This document shows, piece by piece, positions 51,141-64,000 of a DNA stretch of 64,000 bases. Numbering within the stretch: position 1 is the first letter of the stretch; each line of letters opens with the position of its first letter. The notes under the pieces were generated by a model, which saw only the letters and a list, made by a program, of their open reading frames with translations, ran no database searches and was not told the origin of the DNA. Position numbers and translations under genes: made by a program. Source of the stretch: the human T2T-CHM13v2.0 reference genome, Homo sapiens; NCBI RefSeq assembly GCF_009914755.1, contig NC_060928.1; one strand, given 5' to 3'.

Positions 51141-54100
51141 AAAGGCAGAAGTAACACAAAATTTTAAACTATCAGATCTCATGAAAATTCACTCACTATC
51201 AAGAGAACAGCAAGGAGGAAATCCACCTCCACGATCTAGTCACCTCCCACCAGGCCCCTTTTCCAATTCAATATGAGATTTGTACAGGAATACAAATTCA
51301 AACCATATCACCCAGCCTAATTTATTACTTTATAGCAATGCTAAAAATAGCCTAACACAGAAAATTGATACCAAGTGTAGCATGTTGGCATAGAGATACC
51401 TGAAAATGTGGAAGTAGCTTTGGAAATGGGTAACGGTCTAAGGTTGGATGGGTTTTGAGGGCTTAGAAGAAGAAAGGAAGCTGAGAAAATGTTTGGAACT
51501 CATTTGAGACTGGTGGAATGTTTGTGACCAAAATGCTGACAGAAATATTGACAGTGAGGGCCACACTGAGAAGGTCCCTGGTGAAAATGAGGAAGATATG
51601 AGGAACCAGAATAAGGGTCACCCATGTTACACCCTACCAAAAATCTTGGCTGCATTATGATCATGTCCTAGGGCTTTCTGAATGTTTCAACTTAAGGGTG
51701 ATGACTTAGAGTGTTGGGTGGAAGAGATTTCTAAGAAGCAAAGCATTCAAGAGGTGACCTGTCTGTTTCTAACAGCCTATGATAAGATATAGAAGCAAGG
51801 AAAGAACCTAAAGTTAGAACGTGTATTTAAAAGGAAAAAAAAGAGCATAAAAGTTTGGAAAATTCTCAGAATGGCCATGATGTTGAAATGAAAATAGCTT
51901 TCAGTAGAGTTATTCAAGTGGGCTTCAGAGCATTAACTTGCTAGAGAGGTTTGCTTGAGTAAAAGGGAGAGTGGAAGCAAGAGAGAGAAGGTAAGTTGAA
52001 GACTTTTTTTAAGAACTAGATTTTTCTATGATGTATTAGTCTGCTCTCATGTGCTATAAGGACATACCAAAGACTGGGTAACTTATAAAGAAGCGGTTTA
52101 ATTTATCAAAATTCCAGAGGGCTGGGGAAGCCTCAGGAAACTTACAATCATGGCAGAAGGAAAAGTATACATATTCTTTTTCACATGGTGGCAACGAGGA
52201 CAAGAATGAGAGCAGAAAAAAGAGGGAAGCCCCTAATATAACCATCAGTTCTTGTGAGAACTTACTTTTATGAGAATGGCATGGGGGAAACCACTCCCAT
52301 GATCCAATTACATCCCACTGGGTCCCTCCTATGACACATGAGAATTATGAGAACAACAACTCAAGATAAGATTTTGGTGGAGACACAGCCAAACCATATC
52401 ATTTGCTCCTGGCCCCTCCAAATCTCATGTCTTAACATTTCAAAATACAATTATGTCCTTCCAACAGTTCCCCAAAGTCTTAACTTCACCTTCTTCCATG
52501 ATTGTAAGCTTCAGGAAGCCATCACTAGAAGTGGATGCTGGGGTCATGCTATACAGTATACTAAACTGTGAGCCAATTATAATTCCTTACTTCATAAGTT
52601 ATGCAACGACATGTATTAATTCATAACAATGCAAGAATGGCCTAAGGCAATGAATTAAAGATTTAACTCTACAATCTCAAACTGTAAGAATCTTAAGGGA
52701 AAACCTAGAAGACACCATTCTGGACATTCGCCTTTGGAAACAATTTATGACTAAATCCTTATGTATTAGCCCATTCTCGAACTGCTAGAAAGAACTTCCC
52801 AAGACTGGATAATTTATAAAAGAAAGAGGATTAATTGACTCACAGTTCCACATGACTGAGGAGGCTTCATGAAACTTACAATCATGGTAGAAGGGGAAGC
52901 AGCCATATCTTACATAGTGGCAGGCAAGAGAATGAGTGTGTGAGGGAAAAAACTGTCAGACACTTATAAAACCATCAGATTTCATGATAACTTACAATCA
53001 CAAGACTATCACGGGAGGCACATTGCCTCCATAATCCAATTTCCTCCCATGTGGTTTCTTCCTTGATGTATAAGGATTATGGGGTTTACAATTTATAATG
53101 AGATTTTAGTGAAGACATAAAGCCTAACCATAGCATTTCCCCCGGCCCCTTCCAAATCTCATTTCCTTACATTACAAAATCAATCATACCTATTCAACAG
53201 TCCCCCAAAGTCTTAACTCATTTCAGCATTAACTCAAAAGTTCATATCCAATACCTAATGTGAGATAAGGCAATTTCCTTCAACCTAGAAGCCTGTAAAA
53301 TCAAAAGCAAATTAGTTTCTTCCAGTATACAATGAGGGTACAGGCACTGGATAAATGCTCTTATTTCAGATAGGAGAAATTGACCAAAATAAAGGGGCTA
53401 TACTCCCCATGTACATGAGATATCTAGTGGAACAGTCATTAGATCTTAAAGCTCCTAAATGATCTCCTTTATACTTCATGTCTTACATCCAGTCATGCTG
53501 ATGCAAGAGGTGAGCTCCCATGGTCTTGGGCAGCTATGCTGCTGTGGCTTTGCCCAGTGCAATCACCCTCCCAGTTGCTTTCACAGGCTGGTGTTGAGTG
53601 TCTGTGGCTTTTCCAGGTGTGTGGTGCAAGCTTTTGGTGAATCCACAATTCTGGGATCTGGAGAATGGTGACCCACTTCTCACACCTCCAGTAGACAGTG
53701 TCCCAGTGCAGACTCAATGTGGATACTCCAACCCCTTATTTCCCTTTAGCACTGCCCAAGCAGAGGTTGTCCATGAGGGCTTCACCCCTGCTGCAGATTT
53801 CTGCCTAGACATCCAGGCATTTCCGTACATCCTCTGAAAAGTAGGTGGAGGTTCCCACACCTCAGTTCATGACTTCTGTGGACTCCCAGGCCCAACAGCA
53901 CGTGGAAGCCAACAAGGATTGCAACTTGCAGCCTCTGAAATAATGGGCTTAGCCATACCTTGGTACCTTTTAGCCATGGCTGGGAAACAGAGCACCAAGT
54001 CCCAAGGCTGCACAGAACAGCAGTGGACCACTTTTCTTTCCTAGGCTCCCAGATCTGTGATGGAGGGGTTGCTATTAAGAACTCTGACATGCTCTGAAGA

Positions 54101-55395
54101 CATTTTCCCCATTGTCTTTGTGATTAACATTTGGCTCCTCATTACTCATGCAAATTTCTGAAGCTGGCTTGAACTCCTCCCTAGAAAATGAGTTTTTCTT
54201 TTCTACTACATGGTCAGCCTGCAAATCTTTCAAACTTTCAACCACAAATCTTTCTCTGCTCTCCTTTTTAACATAAGTTCCCATTTCAAGCCGTCTTTTC
54301 GTGAACACATAAGAATGAATGCTTTCAAAATCAAACAGGTCAATTCTTAAATTCTTTCCTGCTTAGATTTTTTTTTCTTCCAGATACCCTAAATCATCTC
54401 TCTCATCTTCATAGTTTCATAGATCTCTAGGGCAGGGGCAAAATGGTGCCAATGTCTTTGCTATAGCATTGCAAGAGTTACCTTTGCTCCAGTTTTCCAA
54501 AAGTTTCTCATCTCCATCTGAAACTGCCTCAGCCTAGAATTCATTGGCAACATCATTATCAGTATTTTGGTCAAAACTATTCAACCATTCTCTGGGAAGT
54601 TCCAAACTTTCCTACATATTTCTATCTTCTCCTGAGCATTTTAAACTATTCCAGTCTCTGCCTGTTATCCAGTTCCAAAGTCACTTCCACATTTTCAGGT
54701 ATCTTTATAGCCATACCCCACTACCTCAGTACCAACTTACTGTAATAGTCCATTCTCACACTACTATAATGAACTTCCTAAGACTGGATGACATTGTTTG
54801 GCTGTGTCCCCACCTAAATCTTATCTTGAATTGTAACTCACAAAATTACCATGTGTCTTGGGAGGAAGACAGTGGAAGGTCTTGAATTATATATCAGGTC
54901 TTTCCTGCACAGTTCTCGTGATAGTGAATGAATCTCATGAGATCTGATGGTTTCAAAAATGGGAGTTTTCCTACACAAGGTCTCTGTTTGCCTACGGCCA
55001 TCCATGTAAGATGTGACTCCTTGCCTTCTGCCATGATCATGAAGCTTCCCCAGCCATGTGGAACTGTAAGTCCATTAAACCTCTTTTTCTTCCCAGTCTC
55101 GGGTATGACTTTATCACTAGCTAGAAAATGGACTAATACAATAATCAGGGCTATTGGAGGGCTCAGAAGGAAAATGTGGGAAAGTTTGGAACTTCCTGGA
55201 GACTTGTTGAATATCTTTGACAAAAATGCTGATAGTGATATGAACAATAAGGTCCAGGCTGAGGTGGGTTCAGATGGGGATGAAGAACTGGAGCAAAGGT
55301 GACTTGTTATGTTTTAGCAACAAGACTGGCGGCATTTTGATCTTGCCCTAGAGATTTATGGAACTTTGAACTTGAGAGAGATGATTTAGGGTAGC
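50602..55395. mobile_element. Cluster of nested MaLR (MST/THE1) LTRs and internal segments on both strands, with an L1 fragment at ~52655-52760 and (GA)n at ~51088-51137
   Basis: Multiple tgtattagtc.../aagactggg.aatttat LTR ends. Long MaLR-internal stretch on - at ~53135-54740. Confidence 0.8.
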
Positions 55396-57329
55396 TACAT
55401 AAAGATCTCTAGGCCAAAGGATCTACACAACTCCACAAAGGATCTACACAACTGGTTTTTTAGGCAAGTATTTTGATTCTAAGTCATGATTACACACCAG
55501 CAGAGAGGAACTTATCCCTGTATATACTATACACGTGCTCAGAGCTTCTCATGGAGTGATTAAAAGATCAAAGAGGTGGGATTGTACTGAGCTTGCTGGA
55601 ATACATTTCATCACTTTATTAGGCCTTTTTACTAAGAAATATATACATGAATGGAGCAATACTGTCTGTGATTTGTTTCATTTTAACATACCACCTGGTA
55701 GTGTGGTGAAGTACTGTATTGAGAAGCAAAGGTGAAAGACACATGAAAACACAGAGAAAGAGAGAGAATGAGTAAGAGAAAGAGAGAAAAAAATTATTAG
55801 AGTTAAAATTTATTTTTGTAACATGAGGGGTTAGCCTATGACCCAGCATCATCAGTGCTCATAAAGTGTGTGTTGAAATAAATACAGGACCTGTAGCAGG
55901 GGTTAGATCATTCATACTCCAAATTTTACGTAAGTGATTCTTTTCAGTCTGAATATACACCTTAGTTTGACAGAATATTGAGACATTTTTGTTTTATACA
56001 TATGATATAGATTTAATTTTGAGAAAGCATGCAATGATTACTAAAGAGAATTTCTTAAATATTTTAAAAATATACGTGTACATACATCAATATGAATTGA
56101 CTGATGCTATTACTGATTCTCCATTTTTTTCCGGTAAAATGCATTTATAGTTATTATATTGAAGTAAAACTGAAATAATGATACCTATTGGAAAAATAAA
56201 AGCTGTGATTGAAGTGTAATTTTATACAAATAATCTTGCTTAGGTTGAGGTTTAAATTTAGTAATATTCCAAATTTTCAAACAAATATATAATGACTATT
56301 TCTTAGTAAAGATTTTGAATTCAATTGAATTTTAACTATACATTATAAATGTGAGATGATATCAATGGAATATAAATTGATCAGAACCTGTTGATACTCA
56401 GCAACATTACGGTTCAGATAAAGTTTTAACTTTTAAATTATATTTTACTCATTATAGAGAGGGATTACAGAAGTAAAGTAAGCAGATAACTCTGAATCAT
56501 GTACATCAGATAAACATAAAATTCATGTTATGATTGTTTATGTAATTAAAAATATTTTGCTTAATCCATAGTGTAAGAAAGTAAGGATATAAGGAGGGCT
56601 AAAATTATATACTACATAGACGTATAGAGGATTTTCAGTATAAACAGATACAAGCTGAATCTGAAGGTACTGTTGGTAAGAAAGCAAAGGAAGAATATGC
56701 TTGAAAAACATACAAAGAAAAAAATCGAAAAAGTCCAAAGCCTAAAATCATGATTCTTTATAGAAATATCCCTACGCTTTTCTGTAGAGTATCAAAAGAA
56801 GAACAAAATTGATATTTATTCCTAGAACTACATTATTGCACCATAAACCTACACTGAATTCTGACTCTAAAAACAAAGTGCAACCATTAAGAATTGTAAA
56901 CGGCATGCAAATGTGAAGAAATACAATGGAAACACAACCTGAGTGAAAGGTACAGAGATACTCCACAAAGTGAAACATAGCTGAAAGGGTTTCAGTTACA
57001 AAATAATAAATACTTTATTTCTAAAATGTTATGGCCACAATATTTTATGCCTTAACTACAAAGTATAGTCAATACTTTCAGTTACTAAAGGAATATAATA
57101 GTTTTATGCTCACTTTATCAATATCTTTTTAACTATTTCTACACCGTAATATTACTTTTATAATTTCAAAGATAATTACATTTTCAATATAAAATAATTA
57201 GGAAAATAAATTTTGCTATGACCTAACACCTAGTTATGCTACTCTCCCCATCCTATAAATATATAATAATAGCAGATCACAAGTTACATAGAAGAAAAAA
57301 TAATTAAGCTTTGCACATAAGTCATATTG

Positions 57330-57487
57330 TCTGTCAGTCTGATGTGCTGCCAGTAATACATGAAGGAGTGAGACGTCTGCCAATAGCTTTTCAAAATTCT
57401 GCTTTTCATTTGTTCTGGATAATTACCTAGTAGTGACATGGTTGTGTCACATGTAAATTCTATTTTAATTTTCTGGCATGTGTGCAT

Positions 57488-57525
<38 letters not shown>

Positions 57526-59000
57526 ATAAAGTTCTATGGCAAAGGTAAATATACAGTCCAATATAGAGTCCTTTAACTTCATAATGTTTTTTATACATGT
57601 ATATGTGTGTATATATTATATATGTATAGGTGTGCATATTTATGTTATATATATATTATGTATGTATACATGTTTATATAGGTATATAATGTGTGTTTGT
57701 ATATATAAACACATATATACACCATCCTAATGTTTATGGTGATAGCTCATAACCTATTTAAGAGATGTTTTATATACACAGACACAGACACACATATACA
57801 CCATGCTAATGGTTATGAAGTGATAGCTCATTATATTTTTGATTTACATTTCTCTAATGATTAGTGATGTTGAACATATTTTTATATGCTTTTTGACCAT
57901 ATAATATTTTTTGGATAAATGCATGTTCAAGTGCTTTTTTAAAAAAAATTGGGTTGTAGTTGCTAAGTTGTAGAGGTTTTATATATGATTTTGTTTATTC
58001 AACACTTCTCTCTGTTATCTTAAAATTAGTCTAGATAAAACAATTTCAATTTTATTGTCCATTTTAAAAACTGACTCTTAGTTTTGTTGATTTTTTTCTA
58101 TTCAAAAAGTTTTCTATTTCTGTTCAAATCTGTAATATTTTCTTCCTTCTGCTGTCTTTGAGCTTAAAATTATTTTTTTCGCATTTCTTGAGATGTAAAG
58201 TTAGTTGCTTATGTCAGATTTTCTTTTTTATGTAGGTATTTATTAGAAACTTTTCTCACGCAACCGTGCATGTTAAATCATGAGGTTTTGTTTCTTATTT
58301 ATTTTTTGTGTATCTTCTATAGGCATATTTTTTAGTTACTCTGAAGATTATATAATTATTTTACAGTTTAAAAATGTATTTTAAATTGTTCAAAACCATT
58401 TCAATCACATATGAAAAATCTACTACTATCTTCACTTTATGTTACTGGTGTCACTAATTATAGCTTTTTATGTTGTGTAACAGTTCTTTTCTTAGATGGA
58501 CTTATTTAGATAGATTTATAGTTTTTTAATGTTTTTGTCTTTTAAATTGTATTCCAAAATTGAAATTAATTGATACACCAACATTATGAAGCTCTATATT
58601 GGACTGTATGATTACCCTTGCCACAGAGCTTTCTATTTGCATATGCCTTTGTTTTGATATCTAGCATCCTTTCATTTAAACTTGAAGGACAGCATCTCTT
58701 ATAGTCAGGTCTTGTAATGACTATTTTCTTCAATTGTTGTTTTATTTTTTACCATAGATGATATTCAATATTCTATAAATATTGTAAGATATAACTTTGC
58801 CAAATAGTAGTCTTGTTTAGCAGGTTTCTTTTTCTTTTTCTTTCAGCGCTTTGAATATATCATCTCATTTACTTTTGATTTGGGAGGTTTCTGCTGAGAT
58901 TCTTGTTGATACTCTTATTCTAGCTCACTTATATGTGATGAGCCATTTTTCACTGGCAGTTTTCAAGATTTTCTCTTTTCTGTGACTTTTTAAAATTTGA
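57330..59000 (-). mobile_element. Old L1M fragments with (TG)n/(TA)n repeats at ~57490-57800
   Basis: Reverse-strand L1 motifs (catttctctaatgattagtgatgttgaacat). 58310-59000 resembles 12150-13000. Confidence 0.65.
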
Positions 59001-59658
59001 GTTTAGCCATGTTTTCCACATTCCACTATGCATTGGGATCACTGAGACACCTTTTAACAATACAAAATCTTGGCTTTTGACAGATATTCTTTATTAAGAG
59101 AAATGGGCATTGGTGTTGTTATAATCAAAACTCCCCTTTTTTTCATGTTTAGCAAAAGTTGGAAACTCCTGTCTTAATCAATCTGATACGCACAAAATTT
59201 TTATATGTATAGTAGATACGTAAATTTTGCTTTCCTCTCTGATAACTCATGTAAACATTAGTCTCATTAAAAATCCTATTTTTCAATATTTCTTTCTTTG
59301 TTTTTCATGGGTTTTGGGACTCTAGGTTGGGAGTTCATAGAGAGAGAGGATAACAACCCTGAGCAGATTCTTGGGAAAGGACGAAATGGTTAGGGCAGAA
59401 CATATTGCAAACACAAGGCCAACTGGACTCTGATTGCTGCTGATCTCAAAACGCAACGCCAGACTGATGAAGAATGAAAGTCTTACAAGCAATAGCTCTT
59501 GAGTGGCAGGGAGTCTCATAAAGGAATTCAGAAAGCCCCAGAGTTTTAGAGTGGAAAATATGAAAATGAGGAGAAAGTAATGTGTTCTCTTTAAATTATC
59601 TGTGGATGAAATATTAACAAGCTTGCTCCATTCTTGCCTTTCCCAAATTCGGAAACAT

Positions 59659-62600
59659 CTATTTCCTCTTTTTCTTCTTTCCTATTTTACCAAATGTTCG
59701 ACAGGAAATCAAACAAAGTTTTGTGACCAAAAATATAGCCGTTGCCACACAGACCAGCAAAACCACAATCACACCCAAAGAGTGGCACTGGTACTAGGAG
59801 AGGTTGTGCGCAGCTAGCCGAGGGTGCTTGGCTCCTTTGTGGTGCATGACAAACTCGATCCAGAAAACTGCTCAACCCAGGGGCTTTACAGGTCGATCAT
59901 GGTGAATTTTTGATAACCTTATAGCATTCTCTTTATAACTGGAAAGCAAGAGCACATATGGAAAACAGAGTTTTGTTCTGTTTTCATTAAAAAGAAGTAG
60001 GTAAACCGTAGCATATGTTATACAAGCCAAAAGCTTGTTGAATAAAAGAATTATTTTTGTTGTGATATGAACTTCATTGGTTGCATAGCATTGAACAGAT
60101 ACGGTGGGGAAATTGAAAAAGACACATATTCTTAGCAGAATGGGGTAAAATGAAGACGTAGAAAAATACTTAGTAAGCTGGTTGTTAATTTAAATCTACT
60201 CTTTCCAAGAAGGAGGATTGACACTCTATGAACTATCATTTCCAGGACTATTGCAATACTAAGATGATTATACCTGATGATATAATCATTGCAATACTAA
60301 GATAATGGCAATACTAAGATGATAATACCTGAGATTGAGAGGGAAGATCTTTTAAATAGTCTTCCAGTATGGCCCTAACATTTTCTAGTATGATATATAA
60401 CATAATCAATGGTAGATAAGCCTTTTAAAGCAGTAATACTTACAAAAGATTATTGATACCTGTTCTCAAAGACCTAAGCAAATCTGTACCTGTAATTGTA
60501 TTCATGTTCAGCTGCACAGCTGCTCCTTTGGCTTTCATGTGAGAGGTGTTGTCAAGATGATCACCAAACATAGGAAACTCCCACCATAGGGACTCCATGG
60601 TAAATAGCTTCATAGACCCCATTTATATCACCATGAGTGATAAAAGCTTTGGTTTGTGCATGACCTAGTTGGGAAACTGAATGAGAAGTATGGTTTTTAT
60701 TATCACAATTCTTAAAAGAATTTCAGAGACATGTAGGGAAAAAATCTTTGAAATAACTCACTGAAGAGGGCAGAATTTTCTACAAAAGTGAACAAAAAGG
60801 GCATCATTGCAAAAGAAATTTGCTTTCTTAAGGAAAAGAGGCATTAATTTATTTCTGCATTGCTTGAAACTTACTTTAAAAATAAAAGTAAGAATCAAAA
60901 AATATAATGACCAACAATTACTCAATTATATATACTTTAAAATTAAAGGTAAAATAACAAACTATAAATTTTAAATTTTTGTTAAATTTATTAGGTGTTA
61001 AACAGTTATTCAATTTTTCCCTTATGAAATTCCTCATTTTTACTACGTCATAATCTTATCATGAAGATCGCTCTGGCATATCCAAACGTAGAGCTGAGTA
61101 TTGGTTCCCAGTGTAGCTGGTTTCTTTCCTTTGAATCTCTATAAAACCTGAGGAAGTAAATGTATGCATTTCACAAGTTAAACCACAAGATAATAGCATT
61201 TTGAGTTTTCAGATCATTATAATTCATACAATCCACTTATTTCAGATGATATTTGAGACAGGAGCATATAAGGGTCCTATGTAATCACTGAAAAAAATAG
61301 TAAGACTGTTGACAGTCACCTCTTAAAAGGGTAGGTACCATTAAACTCTTGGGGATACCATTTATTATTTTGTTTCCTGCAAACTCAAATCATCTAGGAG
61401 TGAGATTATAAAAATAACAAAAAAATAAAGCAGTGTTGGCTAATTTGTCAGCATATGGAAGTTCAATTTCTTACGGACACACAACTTCTGTGTAAATGTA
61501 AATCACTTGTCCATTCTATCTCTATTATCAAATTTATAGTTTCCCAGAGACAAACATTGCTTTGGTTTTTGTCTGGTTTTGGGTAGTTGGTTGTCTTTTC
61601 TCTTCATGCCTCCTTCTCTCCTTTATTTCATTTATCTTTAATTAAAAAACAAAGAGAGAGGAGTTACCTATATTTCATTGTTGAAGGTTAAATTTTGTTT
61701 GTATTTGTATCTTAGTTCCATACTTTTTTCTTTCTAGAAACGTATATGAAAATCTCACACTTGAAAACAAAGGATTACATAGATACTCTGAACTCCCAAA
61801 AAGAGAATCTCATGACTAAAACCAATTTCACATTCCTATTTACCATACTTGCTTTTATTGAGTGTTTTGAAATTTAACTAAACATAAAATTAAAAAAAAA
61901 ACCTCTAGGCTGGTGTATAAATAGCACTAACTAAAGAGAGGAAAACTAGAATTACAGTAATAACAAAACTAATTGAATATCATAAAGAATTACATGCAGG
62001 TTGCTAGACTATAATATTAAAACCATAATTGCCTTTTAACTATAGAAAACTCTAGTTCATTAGAAAGACTACATAAATTTAAGCTTCTACTTTTATGTTC
62101 AAATACGTGGAATAGAGTTCCTATATAATCAAATATGTTGAGAATACTATTGAGCATGATTCTTCTCTTATATAATTCCCCAATTTTTATATTCCTTTGA
62201 GCTAGTATATTTAAAAAGTTTCCTTTGGAGTCATCAGAATATGTCTCAAGATTTCAAATCCTGCAATGTGGAATAGGGACTTAATGCACTATTTTTATTT
62301 TATTATTAACAAATGACAAGCAAGAGATGTGTTACTAAAGCAATAGAAAAGATCACTAGGCAAATAATCAGTTGTGTCCACATACACAACCATAATGTTT
62401 TCCAAATTGTTACGTAAATCTAACGCCTGTTACGCAAATTGAAAAATGAGATTCAAGTTCCAAATGGAAAGCCATACTTTCTCTATTGTGTGAATAGCTT
62501 CTTATAAGGATTGGAGGTTCTACTGACTTTTTGTGGAATCTGAGCCAGGGCGGAAGTGATAAGATAAACCTTTTCTTCTGTAAGGTTTTTCACAACTGAC

Positions 62601-62659
62601 TCCAGAGAAAACACAACAACACCATCCTTATCAGAGCGCTGGAAAAATTCTTCTATTTC
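59659..62659 (-). pseudogene. Unprocessed UGT2A-type pseudogene (exons 3-6 in window; 5' part lies beyond the window)
   Basis: Exon 3 62528-62659 is open. Exon 4 61060-61147 has TAG at 61139-61141 and a GT>AT donor. Exon 5 60444-60664 is 221 nt (+1 T at ~60575-60577). Exon 6 59659-59938 has TGA at 59872-59874 and TAG at 59794-59796. Introns align by eye with UGT2A3 introns. Confidence 0.93.
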
Positions 62660-63039
62660 CTACAGAAAAAAAAATTTTCTTCATTATAAAGATGCAATGC
62701 CAAATAGAATAATACAGTTTACGCATACTTCTAAAATAAAATTTTGAAGTTGACATATATATAGTTGTATTGTCCCTGTATTCTGAGATGCATTTTAGCA
62801 TAGAAATGAGAAAGTTTGTGTCAGAAACATATGTCTTCAGTACATAATAATTATTTACTAGAAAAAGCACACAACCAGATAGTTATACAGAACATTTAAG
62901 TGAGAAATGTCCATCTTGTTTAATATTTGGTAGACATCAAATTCTAAAAACATAATGGTTAGTAAACTCATAAAACTATTTCAACAATATCAAGTGTCAA
63001 TTTGTTGGCATTTTGTGATGTCAACAAAATAATAAAATT

Positions 63040-64000
63040 TTAAAAATCCAACATCAATTCCCCAACAAAAGTACAACTAGTAGCTATCCAAATACACAAA
63101 TGCCACTCTGAATTCACCAGATCTCAACAGAGAAGGAGAAAACCCCAAGACTCACGGACATGACAAACTTATGATTGGTAAGATGAATAATTTTTGGGGG
63201 CTATACCAACCCCTTCCACACACAAAAATGACACCACTGTGAGATAACTTCTTTTTACCTGCAGTTATTGAAATGGGAGGAGGGAATTTCAAGTGGACAT
63301 ATAATTTCTTCATGGGTCTGTAAATTTGGAGGGAAAGCCCACATTTGTCCCACCCCACAAGAGGTATTGAGAGTGTTCACAGGGCTGAACCACCTGGGGT
63401 AAATTTGAGACCAAAAGTAAGAGTAGTAATCACAGTGATTGGCCCACAGATCTTGGCGTCTGCTTTGTGTACCTAGCTACAGGGATGCCACACTGAGGAG
63501 TCTGACCAGAACCATAGCACTGCAGGAGGCAAGATCTAAGAGAAGGTCTGAATCTTTGACAAGATTTTTTACAATTCCCAGGGAGTCATGTGGATGGAGA
63601 TTTTCCATGACTGGGAAACAAGTATAAGGTTTGAAATTAAGTTCCAATGATTGTTTAAATCTCTCGCAGACCTAGAAATCACTGCAAGTCTGGATTTAAG
63701 TTCCAGTGCAGCATTTATGTTCAGATGCTCACAATAAGTCTCCCAAGACTGGAAAACAACATTAGAGCAAATATTGAATTGAGTTTTGGTGCAGTATTAA
63801 ATTCTGGTGGCAAATATTAAGTCCTTGCCCAAACAAAAAGCAACTGGTGGCAAGGAATTAGATTCCAATAATAAATAGTAAAGGTTGAACAACACAAGAA
63901 TACACCTATAAGAGCTATACCATGTCAATATCTCTTTAAATATGGAAACAGCAATGTACAGATGAAAGGAAACACAACACCGCTAAAAAACAACAGAACT
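63040..64000 (+). mobile_element. L1M 5'UTR, paralogous to 19800-20730
   Basis: aaagtacaactag.a.ctat and gggctgaaccacctg blocks are shared with the L1 in UGT2A3 intron 2, at the equivalent position relative to exon 3. Confidence 0.8.

Noticed and set aside
55400-57300. Apparently unique AT-rich stretch as a possible decayed UGT exon 1 or new gene
   Set aside because: No UGT motifs, credible ORF or splice structure recognised on either strand by eye. A tBLASTn search would be needed to exclude a very old remnant.
60250-60332. Short direct repeats with spacers, superficially CRISPR-like
   Set aside because: Eukaryotic intron, only 13-bp repeats, irregular spacers that are themselves partly duplicated, and no cas genes.

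Overview
Eukaryotic, primate (human-like) DNA from the UGT2 UDP-glucuronosyltransferase cluster (human 4q13, from established knowledge). It holds three UGT units, all on the minus strand. (1) A complete six-exon UGT2A3 gene: CDS 38409->16484, exons of 715/149/132/88/220/280 nt, 527 aa, all GT-AG. (2) Downstream, a 5'-truncated UGT2B-type pseudogene (exons 3-6, 11733->1909) whose last exon is still fully open. (3) Upstream, a UGT2A-type pseudogene (exons 3-6, 62659->59659, continuing past the window end) with three premature stops, a frameshift and a lost donor. Most of the rest is transposon-derived: nested L1s, Alus, Tigger1, MER30, MER9, MER54, and a ~16 kb pile of ERV1/MaLR sequence upstream of the UGT2A3 promoter. 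I see no CRISPR array, RNA gene or wholly new gene system. The best leads are a phase-compatible intact pseudo-exon that could give UGT2A3 an alternative C-terminus, an Alu with twin-priming 5'-inversion geometry, a rare GAG splice acceptor, and a UGT2A pseudogene with UGT2A3-like introns but UGT2A1-like residues. Repeat subfamily names come from recalled consensus sequences and need RepeatMasker/Dfam confirmation.
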